Origin: an uncultured Bifidobacterium sp.
Lineage (GTDB): Bacteria; Actinomycetota; Acidimicrobiia; Acidimicrobiales; Ilumatobacteraceae
Length of the DNA: 64,000 nt
Direction of reading: 5' to 3'
Assembly (NCBI GenBank): GCA_964477795.1
Contig: CAYZFZ010000004.1
Location: forward strand, 1,013-65,012
The position numbers were made by a program, and so were the translations under genes. This document shows positions 1 to 7,851 of the stretch, piece by piece; position 1 is the stretch's first letter, and every line of letters starts with the position of its first letter. The notes beneath the pieces were generated by a model, which saw only the letters and a list, made by a program, of their open reading frames with translations, did no database searches and had not been told where the DNA came from.

Positions 1-293
1 GGCAGGACGTGGAGGTGCACGATCCGCTGGTATCCGTGGAAGGTGGTCGGGGCGAGTTGGATCTTCTTCGCCGGGAGCCAGCGCCGCGTGAGGTAGGCGC
101 CGAAGGTCAGGCTGCGGTTGCCGTCGTCGCGGCCAACGGCTTCCTTCGCGAGCTTTCGGGCGAGCCCTTCGGCTGCGGCTCGATCGGTGCCGGCCGCGTG
201 CCATGTCCGCTGTTCTCGACCCGTGACCGGGTCGAGGCCGTGGTAGATGACTGCGTACCAGCGGTTGCCCTTCCGGGCGATGTATCCATCCAT
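1..293 (-). CDS. int: Tyrosine recombinase / phage-type integrase, N-terminal 97 codons only (gene continues past the left edge)
   Basis: Manual reverse translation from ATG 293..291 gives MDGYIARKGNRWYAVIYHGLDPVTGREQRTWHAAGTDRAAAEGLARKLAKEAVGRDDGNRSLTFGAYLTRRWLPAKKIQLAPTTFHGYQRIVHLHVLP. This is the typical arm-binding plus SAM-like N-terminus of actinobacterial integrases. AAGGAGAA lies about 9 nt upstream on the minus strand. It is absent from the ORF track because there is no stop inside the window. Confidence 0.75.
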   Translation of the reverse strand, partial: MDGYIARKGNRWYAVIYHGLDPVTGREQRTWHAAGTDRAAAEGLARKLAKEAVGRDDGNRSLTFGAYLTRRWLPAKKIQLAPTTFHGYQRIVHLHVL

Positions 294-409
294 GATGCGT
301 GTTCTCCTTCTGCCGGCGCCGTCGATCGGCAACCGGTAGAAGGATCGGTGGAACTCGCGGGACGGTCGCGCCGGGCTCGAGGCCAGCTGACCGGTGCCGA
401 GCCGTGGTG

Positions 410-1210
410 CTACCGGTGGCAGCAGTGCTTGGCCTTCTTGCCGGATCCGCACGGGCACGGCGAGTTCCTCGGAACCTTCGCTGACCTCGCCGGCAGTCCG
501 CCACCGGTCATCATCGACGTCGTCTCGGTCCAGTCGGTGCCGGTGGGTATCCAGCGCACGTGATCGGGTGCCGCACCGCACTGCGGGCAGGGTTCCATCG
601 ATGGCTCGGCCTCACCTCTGGTCTGATCGAGACGCGACGTCCATGAACGTGGTGACGGGACGAACGCTTCGATCCGCCCGGCGAGATCGTCGCGGGTGTC
701 GCGGCCGAGCGCTCGCAGTGCCCGATCGCGCATGTCCGACAACTGGCCAACGAGACCGACCTGGTCGCCGTCGGACATCGTGAGTTCCAACGCGTCATCG
801 ATCCACGCAAGCGCCGTCGCGTGGTCGCCGACATCGAGATAGGTAAGGCCGGCACTGTTGTACAGCCACACGTCGTCCGGGTAGCGGTTGCGAAGCTCCC
901 GATAGATCGCGTCCCCGGTGTCTCGACGGCCGGCGAGGATGTTCAGCTCGGCGATCTCGGCTCGCGGGTGCGGCGCGCTGCGGTAGCCCAACCGGATCGC
1001 TTGTTCCCATGCGTCGATCGCATCGTCCCACTCGCCGCGTCGACGGTGGATCTCGCTGATCTCGGTCCACACCTCCGTCACCGCAACGGTGTGCCGCGCA
1101 CACGGGTGCCCGGCGAGCGCTCTGAGTGCGTCGAGCCGTTCGTCGCTTCCCGCCGGCGTGCGCTCGACGGCCCTGGACAACTCGAACACCGCCGACGCTC
1201 CGCTCATCAC
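410..1210 (-). CDS. TPR-like repeat protein with C-terminal SEC-C metal-binding motif
   Basis: ORF track, 266 aa. The C-terminus CPCGSGKKAKHCC is a SEC-C motif. The central region has helical-repeat character (DDAIDAWEQAIRLGY, DVWLYNSAGLTY). Paralog of 38065..39243. Confidence 0.75.
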   Translation of the reverse strand: MMSGASAVFELSRAVERTPAGSDERLDALRALAGHPCARHTVAVTEVWTEISEIHRRRGEWDDAIDAWEQAIRLGYRSAPHPRAEIAELNILAGRRDTGDAIYRELRNRYPDDVWLYNSAGLTYLDVGDHATALAWIDDALELTMSDGDQVGLVGQLSDMRDRALRALGRDTRDDLAGRIEAFVPSPRSWTSRLDQTRGEAEPSMEPCPQCGAAPDHVRWIPTGTDWTETTSMMTGGGLPARSAKVPRNSPCPCGSGKKAKHCCHR

Positions 1211-1291
1211 GCTCGACTGTACGACCGGGCGGCGCCTCCGCAGTCGACCTGCTCAACCCTCGAGTCACGACTCCGGCTCGCCCGCTGAGAC

Positions 1292-1327
1292 ATGAGTCTT
1301 GACTCATCATGAGCGATAGTTCATACT
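1292..1327 (+). promoter_or_regulatory. Candidate promoter with overlapping palindromic operator for the toxin-antitoxin operon
   Basis: Perfect inverted repeat ATGAGTC-TT-GACTCAT at 1292..1307. It overlaps TTGACT (1299..1304), followed by a 17-nt spacer and CATACT (1322..1327). The GTG start at 1334 sits about 7 nt after the -10, implying a leaderless transcript. Confidence 0.4.
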
Positions 1328-1333
1328 GCTTGG

Positions 1334-1690
1334 GTGTGGGAGGTCGAGGTCACCGATGAGTTCATCGACTGGTGGTCGACGCTGTCCGACGCACAACGCG
1401 AGGCCGTGACCGACCGAGTCGACCTGCTCGCACAACGAGGCCCGGATCTCGGTCGCCCAGTGGTGGACCGGATTCACAGCTCTCGTCACCAGTCGATGAA
1501 GGAGCTGCGGGCGGCCAAGGGTGGAGCGTTGCGGGTGCTGTTCTCGTTCGATCCGCGCCGGCAGGTGATCTTGCTGCTCGGTGGTGACAAGTCGGGCGAG
1601 TGGAACGACTGGTACGAGTGGGCGGTCCCGCTCGCTGATGACCTGTATGACGAGTACCTGCGGGAGCTCGGTGAGGAAGGATTGATCTGA
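1334..1690 (+). CDS. Type II toxin, RelE/HigB (Gp49-like) family
   Basis: 118 aa. The pattern EFIDWW..L....R..V...V.LL...GP.LGRP.VD.I..S....MKELR......LRVLF.FDP.R..ILLLGGDKSG is typical of HigB/Gp49-type toxins. The toxin-first order and TGATG overlap with an XRE antitoxin support the call. Confidence 0.8.
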   Translation: MWEVEVTDEFIDWWSTLSDAQREAVTDRVDLLAQRGPDLGRPVVDRIHSSRHQSMKELRAAKGGALRVLFSFDPRRQVILLLGGDKSGEWNDWYEWAVPLADDLYDEYLRELGEEGLI

Positions 1691-2019
1691 TGGCACGAAC
1701 CAAGTTCTCCGAACTCCGCGACACCGTGGTCGCCAAGCCAGGTGCCGCTGAGCGCCTCGCTGGTCTGCGTGCGGAGACACTCGAGGAGATCCGGCTGTAC
1801 GAGCTTCGTCACGCCGTGGCCGTCAGCCAGGCCGAACTCGCTGGCCGGCTCGACGTCACCCAAGGAGCGATCTCCAAACTCGAGCACTCCGACGACGTCC
1901 GTGTGTCGACGCTGCGGCAGTACCTCGACGCGCTCGGAGCCCGCCTCGAGCTCGTCGCCGTGTTCGACGACGACGATCGTCGGGTGCCGATCCACCTCGG
2001 ACGCGACGACGCCGCCTGA
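1690..2019 (+). CDS. XRE-family HTH antitoxin (HigA-like)
   Basis: 109 aa. HTH segment VSQAELAGRLDVTQGAISKLE. The start overlaps the toxin stop (TGATG). Confidence 0.8.
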   Translation: MARTKFSELRDTVVAKPGAAERLAGLRAETLEEIRLYELRHAVAVSQAELAGRLDVTQGAISKLEHSDDVRVSTLRQYLDALGARLELVAVFDDDDRRVPIHLGRDDAA

Positions 2020-2073
2020 CCCGAAGTCCCTCGTGGGTTCCCGTTGGCGCTCGTCGGCAGAGTCGGCCGGCCT

Positions 2074-2093
2074 TGTCAACGCGATGTCAACGC
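2074..2093 (+). repeat. Pair of TGTCAACGC direct repeats with 11-bp phasing (left of the att core)
   Basis: TGTCAAC at 2074..2080 and 2085..2091, both followed by GC. The same word pair recurs at 2317..2334. Confidence 0.45.
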
Positions 2094-2212
2094 TCGTACC
2101 GCCCACAGCCTCCGACGGCCGCCTACCAACGAACACGGCGCACACGGCGAAAGCGGCAGTGAGCAGGACGAATGCGATCGGCCACCCACCGATACATACG
2201 TCGACATGTGCA

Positions 2213-2257
2213 CTCATAACCCGAAGGTCGCAGGTTCAAATCCTGCCCCCGCCACCA
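2213..2257 (+). mobile_element. att site: 3' 45 nt of an initiator-type tRNA-Met gene (anticodon loop to CCA) with no 5' half
   Basis: CTCATAACCCGAAGGTCGCAGGTTCAAATCCTGCCCCCGCCACCA contains the CAT anticodon loop, a CCC run in the anticodon stem (initiator hallmark), T-arm GCAGG-TTCAAAT-CCTGC, a 7-nt acceptor strand, a discriminator and CCA. The upstream sequence cannot form the D-arm or 5' acceptor strand. Confidence 0.7.
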
Positions 2258-2271
2258 ATAGCACCAGGTCA

Positions 2272-2303
2272 GAGGCCCTTTCCGCTCCGGCGGGGAGGGC
2301 CTC
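2272..2303 (+). terminator. Stem-loop downstream of the tRNA fragment
   Basis: GAGGCCCT (2272..2279) pairs with AGGGCCTC (2296..2303) as an 8-bp perfect stem with a 16-nt loop. There is no clear T-tract. Confidence 0.3.
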
Positions 2304-2316
2304 GTCCGCTGGCGGC

Positions 2317-2334
2317 TGTCAACGCCTTGTCAAC
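2317..2334 (+). repeat. Second pair of TGTCAAC direct repeats with 11-bp phasing (right of the att core)
   Basis: TGTCAAC at 2317..2323 and 2328..2334, in the same orientation as the 2074..2093 pair. Confidence 0.45.
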
Positions 2335-2489
2335 ACGCGATGGCGTGGGCTCCCGTGTGCGTCCTTCGGAGCTCGTGGGTGCTCGTGCGATCTGGTCGGC
2401 GCTGTTTCACTCGTTTCGGCTGCGACGACCGCCGACGAGCACCGACGAGACCGCACGGGCGCACGCTGCCGCCTAGACCACTTGGGCCG

Positions 2490-2507
2490 TAACCCGAAGG
2501 TCGCAGG
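2490..2507 (+). repeat. Second copy of the att core (18 nt of the tRNA-Met fragment)
   Basis: TAACCCGAAGGTCGCAGG at 2490..2507 is identical to 2217..2234. Similarity stops on both sides. Confidence 0.6.
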
Positions 2508-2771
2508 CCAGTCCGCGGGTCTTACCGGTCGGCTGAGCTACGGGACTGCGCTGGTGTTGCCGTCGGACGACGAGCACGAGCACCGCCAGGGCGGTGGCGG
2601 AGGTCAGGTCCAACGGCCATCACGTCGTCGCGCACACCAAACCGCTGCACGACCTGATCGGGCCGACGGGAGGTCCCACCGCCCGATGGGCGGCGGCGTG
2701 TGTGGCATCCCCAACTGCGCGCCCGGCCCTCGGGACGCGTGCGCTCGGTTCCTCTATTGGCTAGAACGCCC

Positions 2772-2800
2772 TTGTAACCAATAAAGTTTAGTTCTACTAT
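2772..2800 (+). promoter_or_regulatory. Candidate sigma-70-type promoter of the TetR gene (near-leaderless)
   Basis: TTGTAA (2772..2777), 17-nt spacer, TACTAT (2795..2800) in a locally AT-rich patch. The ATG is at 2809. Confidence 0.4.
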
Positions 2801-2808
2801 CGTGCAGC

Positions 2809-3441
2809 ATGGACGTCGCATCGCCTCGGCAGGCTCGTCGGTATGACTCACCCTTGCGTGCGCAGCGGGCGGCGGAGACGAGGGAGGCATTGGTCCGTGC
2901 CGCCACCGATCTGTTCGTCACCAATGGGTGGGCGGCGACCGGGATGCGCGACGTGGCCCGTGCCGCAGGCGTCGCTGTCGACACGCTGTACTCGCACTAC
3001 CCGTCGAAGCGGGCGCTGCTCGACGCGGTGGTCGACCAGGCCGCCGCCGGCGACGACGCGCCGGTGGCGGTGGCTGAACGCCCCGAGTTCCGGGCGATGG
3101 GGCGTGGCCGGCGCGCTGACCGGATCTCCGCGGCAGCCGCCGTCGTCGCTGCGATTAGCGGCCGCACGGCACCGTTCGCGCGGCTCATCCGTGACGCAGC
3201 GGTTGGCGACCCGGAGATCGCCGGCGTGCTCCGAGCGACGCGGGATCGCCAGCGTGCCGACGTTGCTGCCGGCCTGGGCTTGGTCCTCGGCCGTGCCCCC
3301 ACCGCCGCGGAGCGCGACGGCGTCTGGGCGCTCGTGAGCCCCGAGGTGTTCCTGCTGCTCGTGCACGAGACCGGCTGGTCGGTCGAGGACTACGAGCGCT
3401 GGGTGGCCGAGATGTTGACCCGGACACTTCCGCGCACATGA
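2809..3441 (+). CDS. TetR-family transcriptional regulator
   Basis: 210 aa. N-terminal HTH ALVRAATDLFVTNGWAATGMRDVARAAGVAVDTLYSHYPSKRALL. Confidence 0.9.
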   Translation: MDVASPRQARRYDSPLRAQRAAETREALVRAATDLFVTNGWAATGMRDVARAAGVAVDTLYSHYPSKRALLDAVVDQAAAGDDAPVAVAERPEFRAMGRGRRADRISAAAAVVAAISGRTAPFARLIRDAAVGDPEIAGVLRATRDRQRADVAAGLGLVLGRAPTAAERDGVWALVSPEVFLLLVHETGWSVEDYERWVAEMLTRTLPRT

Positions 3442-3650
3442 AGAAGGAGCCGCACATGACCGTCGATGACCACCGACCCGCCGACACGAGCACGATGCGC
3501 ATCGTGCACGCGGCGTTGCGACGCGATCTGGAACGCGCACGCCGCGCCCTCACCGGTCAGCCGCCGCCCGATCCGCGTCAGCGTGCCGCGATCGCCCATC
3601 ACCTGACGTGGATGATGCGCTTCCTGGAGGCGCACCACCGAGCTCGGCAA
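3438..3650 (+). pseudogene. Hemerythrin-like domain gene, 5' fragment only (about 66 codons)
   Basis: MTVDDHRPADTSTMRIVHAALRRDLERARRAL...AIAHHLTWMMRFLEAHH matches the start of actinobacterial hemerythrin-domain proteins. It breaks exactly at the HH of the expected HHxxED motif, after which the frame turns into low-complexity R/G/A text. GGAG lies upstream of the ATG at 3456. Confidence 0.5.
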
Positions 3651-4854
3651 CTTCTATCGCAACCCGGCGCACGCACCGTTCACGGCGGGGCACGTGCCGG
3701 TGACCCATCCGTTCGGCGAGGCGACGGTGCTGCAGGCGGCCGGTCTGGAGGTGCATGTGCAGCCGGCGCCGTCCGATGCCGACGACTCGGTGACCTTCTG
3801 GTTCCCGGCGTTGGGGGTGGCGGTGCACAACCTGGTGTGGCCGGCGTTGTTCAACGTCTTCGCCATCCGCGGCGAGGAGTATCGCGACCCGAGGGTGATG
3901 CTCGCGGGGCTCGAACACCTGCTGTCGTTGGGCGCCGACCACCTGGTGGCGACGCACGGCCCGCCGATGGGTGGGCGCGACGAGATCGTGCGGCGGGTCA
4001 CCCGCTACCGCGACTCCATCCAGTTCCTGTGGGACCAGACGGTGCGCCACACGAACCGCGGACTGAGCTCGGTGGAGGTGGGCCACGCGGTGCGCCTGCC
4101 GGATCAGTGCGACGACGACTTCATCACCAGCGAGCTGTACGGGGTGGCCGAGCACCACGCCCGCCAGATTCGCTCGGGGCTGTTCGGGTTCTTCGACGGC
4201 GACCCCGCCAATCTGTTCCCCCTGCCGCCGGCTGAGCGGGCGCGCCGAACGATCGTCGGGTTCGGCGGCCGCGAGGTGGTGCGCGCGCAGGCGACCGAAG
4301 CGCTCGACGCGGACGACGTACGGTGGGCGATCGAGTTGGCATCGATGCTCGTGTGCGATGACGGCGACGAGGCTGACCGTCACCTGCTGGCGTCGTCGTT
4401 GCGGATGGTGGCGCAGCGGACGTCGGCCGCCAACATCCGCAACTGGTGCATCACCAGAGCGCTCGAGCTCGACGGCTCGATCGACCTCGGGCGTCTGCGC
4501 CGTCACCGGTTCGCGGCACGTCAGGTGCTCGCGGGCGGTGCGGCGCGGTCGGTGACGGTGTTGCGGGTGCTGCTGGTGCCGGAGGCTGCCGTGGGTGTCG
4601 ACACCCACGTGCGCTGGGACTTCGACGACGGCACCTCTGCTGGCCTCCACGTGCGCAACTGCGTGGCGGTGCCCACCGATGGCGCAGGTGCTGACGTGAC
4701 GGTGCGGTGCGCACCGCAGGTGTGGGCGGAGCTGTTGGGTGGCTCGCGCGTGCTGTCGGAGGTGTTGAGCGACGGGTCGTTGCAGGTTGGCGGCGATGCC
4801 CAGCGCCTGCGGGTCGCGCTGAGTGTGTTCGACGTGGACGGCCTGCGCGGCTGA
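3640..4854 (+). pseudogene. Alkyl/aryl-sulfatase (metallo-beta-lactamase fold, SdsA1/BDS1 type) lacking the N-terminal catalytic half
   Basis: ORF 3694..4854 carries the distal MBL part (FWFPALGVAVHNLVWPALFNVFAIRGEEYRDP...LVATHGPPMGG), the dimerisation region and an SCP2-like C-terminus. Family-like sequence continues upstream of the first start codon to about 3640. No HxHxDH zinc motif is present anywhere. Confidence 0.55.
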
Positions 4855-4938
4855 CGACAAGGCTGGGAGAACCACTACCTGGAGAGCGTGCCGTCCGGCC
4901 CGGCTGACCGGCCTACGATCGCTCGACCGGGGGCCATC

Positions 4939-6438
4939 ATGCGCGTGCTGTACATCGACATCGACACCCTGCGAGCGGACCATCTCGGCTGTTACGGGTA
5001 TCACCGCAACACCACGCCGAACATCGATGCGCTCGCCCGTGACGCGGTGCGGTTCGAGCGGGTGTACGCGTCCGATGTGCCGTGCCTGCCCAGTCGCACG
5101 GCGCTCAGCACGGGGCGGTTCGGCATCGTCAACGGGGTGGTGAACCACGGTGGCACGGGGGCCGATCCGCGCCTCGAAGGGCCGGCCCGCGGGTTCTTCA
5201 GCCGCAACGCCCGGCGCGCCTGGGCCACGCAGTTCTTCAACGCCGGCTGGAGCACGGCGTCGCTGTCGTCGTTCCCGTTCCGTCACTCGGCCGCCTGGTG
5301 GAACCACGGGTTCATGGAGGCGATGAACCTGATGCGCAACATGGGCCTGGAACAGGCGCACGACGTGCTGCCCCACGCGCTCGACTGGCTGGAGCGGCGC
5401 GGTCGGGCCGACCGCTGGTTCTTCCACGTGCACCTGTGGGACCCGCACACCCCGTACATCGTGCCGCCCGAGTACGGCAACCCGTTCGCCGCGGACCCCG
5501 TGCCGGCGTGGCACGACGAGGCGGTGCGGGCGCGCAACTGGCAGCTCTCCGGCCCGCACAGCGCGCAGGAGCCGTGGGGCTTCAGGCCCGACGAGTGGGG
5601 CGCACCGCCGCCACGCCACCCTTGGAACCTCGCCGGGCCCGACGAGGTGAAGGCAGTGTTCGACGGATACGACGTCGGCGTGCGCTACGCCGACGACGCG
5701 GTGGGCACCCTGCTGAACGCGCTCGCCGATCTCGGCGTGGTCGACGACACGGCTGTGCTCATCAGCAGCGACCACGGTGAGGCGTTCGGCGAGCTCGGCG
5801 TCTACGCCGACCACCAGGCCGCGGACGAGGTCACCTGCCACATCCCATCCGTTCTCCGCTGGCCCGGCTTGGCGCCACGGGTGGATCACGGGCTGCACTA
5901 CCACCTCGACGTTGCGGCCACGGTGCTCGGCCTGGCCGGGTTGCGCGTGCCGGCGGACTGGGACGGCGTGTCGTTCGCCGACGAGCTGCGCGCCGGCACC
6001 GAGGCCGGCCGTGACCACCTCGTGCTGTCGCAGGGGGCGTGGGCCTGCCAGCGGTCGGTGCGCTGGGGCGACCACCTGTACCTGGAGACGTATCACGACG
6101 GCTACCACGGCCACTGGCCCGCGGAGATGTTGTTCGACGTCGCGCACGACCCGCACGAGACCACCGACCTCGCCACCGCGGAGCCCGCGCTCGCGGCCAC
6201 CGGCCGTCACCTGCTGCACTCGTGGGTGGACGAGCAGCTCACGCGCAACGACGTCACCGACCCACTGGCCACCGTGCGCGCCGAGGGCGGCCCGTTGCAC
6301 ACCCGCGGCCACCTGCCCGCCTACCTGGACCGGCTGCGCGCCACCGGCCGCGGCCATTGGGCCGACGTGCTGCAGGAGCGTCACGCCGCCGAGGCCGACC
6401 CTGCATCACCGTGGGTGCGTCCCGTCGGCCGGTTGTGA
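4939..6438 (+). CDS. Formylglycine-dependent (Cys-type) sulfatase
   Basis: MRVLYIDIDTLRADHLGCYG...SDVPCLPSRTALSTGR contains the C-x-P-x-R sulfatase signature. The ORF is open from 4888, but the ATG at 4939 matches the family N-terminus. Confidence 0.85.
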   Translation: MRVLYIDIDTLRADHLGCYGYHRNTTPNIDALARDAVRFERVYASDVPCLPSRTALSTGRFGIVNGVVNHGGTGADPRLEGPARGFFSRNARRAWATQFFNAGWSTASLSSFPFRHSAAWWNHGFMEAMNLMRNMGLEQAHDVLPHALDWLERRGRADRWFFHVHLWDPHTPYIVPPEYGNPFAADPVPAWHDEAVRARNWQLSGPHSAQEPWGFRPDEWGAPPPRHPWNLAGPDEVKAVFDGYDVGVRYADDAVGTLLNALADLGVVDDTAVLISSDHGEAFGELGVYADHQAADEVTCHIPSVLRWPGLAPRVDHGLHYHLDVAATVLGLAGLRVPADWDGVSFADELRAGTEAGRDHLVLSQGAWACQRSVRWGDHLYLETYHDGYHGHWPAEMLFDVAHDPHETTDLATAEPALAATGRHLLHSWVDEQLTRNDVTDPLATVRAEGGPLHTRGHLPAYLDRLRATGRGHWADVLQERHAAEADPASPWVRPVGRL

Positions 6439-6559
6439 GCTGAGTGTGTCCGACCTCCGGCCGGTTGGGCGTCGAACAGGTTGGCGAGGGCAACACCGGC
6501 GGCGATGGCGAACACCCGCGCTCTGCGACGTGCGGCGCCTCCCGCGGCGGGTTCGTCGG

Positions 6560-7816
6560 TCATGTGTCGAGCAGGGCGGCGACGCGGTCGGTCATGTGGC
6601 CGAGTGCCGTCGCGGGGTTGTCCAGATGGCAGTGCTGTTCACCGCCATCACCCGCGGTGTAGACGTGGAGCTCGGTCGAGGCGGCATTGACGGCTTCGGC
6701 GACGACGCGGCGAGCCTGCTCGACGGGAACCTGCATGTCGGCCGCGCCGTGGAAGACGACGAGCGGGCAACGCAACCCGTCGAGGTGCCCGGCGAGGCTG
6801 AACTGGTCGCGTCGCTCGATGAGCTCCTCGATGGAGTCAGCGCCCATGAACCACATGATCGTGTCCAGGTCCAGGCCGTTCATCGCCGCTGGGCCCACAC
6901 CGCCGGGCTCGCCATCGACGGGCGCCGGCGGCGGGGCGATCTCGTACAGGGCGCCCCAGGCCAGGCACATCTTGAACCGAGGCTCGTGGGCGGCGGCACG
7001 CACTGTCCGGTAGCCACCGAAGCTGCAGCCGATCGACGCCAGCCGGCTCGCGTCGACGTCGGGACGAGACACGACGTAGTCGACCGCTGCGGTGGCATAG
7101 CGCTCGGTGGCGGGTTCCATGTGCAGGCCCTGGTGGAAGCGCGCGGAGCCCGAGCCGGGGCAGTCGAACACGAGCACGGAGATCCCGCGGCGCACGAGGT
7201 GGTCGACGAGGCCGATCTGCCAGAACCACTCCATCGACGAGTGCAACCCGTTGAAGCACACCGCTGTCGGATGCGGCCCGTCACCGGCCGGCCAGAACAT
7301 CGCCTCGAGGGTGTGCTCGCCGTAGGGGATGGTGACCTCCTCGAATCGGGCCTGGCCGAGTCGCATCGCGGTCATGCAGAGCTCGCGTCCGCGGTCGAAC
7401 GTCTCCCGCTTGCGCGGCCCGCGCAGCATCGACCATTCGGCGTAGCTGATCAGCACCGACGCTCGGTGGTAGATCCCGGCGGCGGTGAGGTCGTGGCCGT
7501 CGGCGGCGAAGCGGTCGGCAAGTGCAGCGAGCCGCTCGCCTTCGGCGATCCATCCGTCGCACCAGATCGGCACCGCGGCGATCATGTCCGCAGCGAGGTC
7601 CGGCGGGCACAGCGTGGTGGTGGTGCCGTCGAAGCGCAGCGGTGCGACGCGCTTGGCGTGCTCGAAGCGTTCACGGTTGGCGGCGACGTGGGCAAGGTAG
7701 GGGGCGATGGCCCGCTCGATGTCGCCGAGCTGGGCTCCCGCCGACACGGCGTTGTGGACGCTGTAGTTCAGCCAATAGGTGGGCGCGGAGAAGGGGATCA
7801 GCTCGATCATCGTCAT
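6560..7816 (-). CDS. Alpha/beta hydrolase (large, cap-domain type)
   Basis: 418 aa. Nucleophile elbow GCSFGG, plus FDCPGSG and a downstream HG..D segment. Confidence 0.8.
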   Translation of the reverse strand: MTMIELIPFSAPTYWLNYSVHNAVSAGAQLGDIERAIAPYLAHVAANRERFEHAKRVAPLRFDGTTTTLCPPDLAADMIAAVPIWCDGWIAEGERLAALADRFAADGHDLTAAGIYHRASVLISYAEWSMLRGPRKRETFDRGRELCMTAMRLGQARFEEVTIPYGEHTLEAMFWPAGDGPHPTAVCFNGLHSSMEWFWQIGLVDHLVRRGISVLVFDCPGSGSARFHQGLHMEPATERYATAAVDYVVSRPDVDASRLASIGCSFGGYRTVRAAAHEPRFKMCLAWGALYEIAPPPAPVDGEPGGVGPAAMNGLDLDTIMWFMGADSIEELIERRDQFSLAGHLDGLRCPLVVFHGAADMQVPVEQARRVVAEAVNAASTELHVYTAGDGGEQHCHLDNPATALGHMTDRVAALLDT

Positions 7817-7833
7817 TCCTTGAATATCTTAAA

Positions 7834-7848
7834 GCAACTTGTGGTTGC
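7834..7848. promoter_or_regulatory. Inverted repeat in the 35-bp divergent intergenic region (candidate TetR operator)
   Basis: GCAAC-TTGTG-GTTGC in an AT-rich spacer between 7816 and 7852. Confidence 0.3.
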
Positions 7849-7851
7849 ATT

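Noticed and set aside
1486-2217. 243-aa minus-strand ORF whose ATG is the reverse complement of the tRNA CAT anticodon and whose first 40 residues look like a TM helix
   Set aside because: The ORF runs antisense through the whole antitoxin gene and part of the toxin gene. The start codon is a by-product of the tRNA fragment. There is no RBS and most of the translation has no coding-like composition.
2213-2257. Intact tRNA-Met gene
   Set aside because: Only the anticodon loop to the CCA end is present. The 30 nt upstream cannot form the anticodon-stem 5' strand, D-arm or acceptor 5' strand, so it is called as an att fragment rather than a tRNA.
3550-6384. 944-aa ORF on the minus strand spanning both sulfatase genes
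   Set aside because: Its composition is Arg/Gly/Ala/Val-rich with no recognisable motif. It lies exactly antisense to two genes with clear family signatures. This is a typical high-GC shadow ORF.
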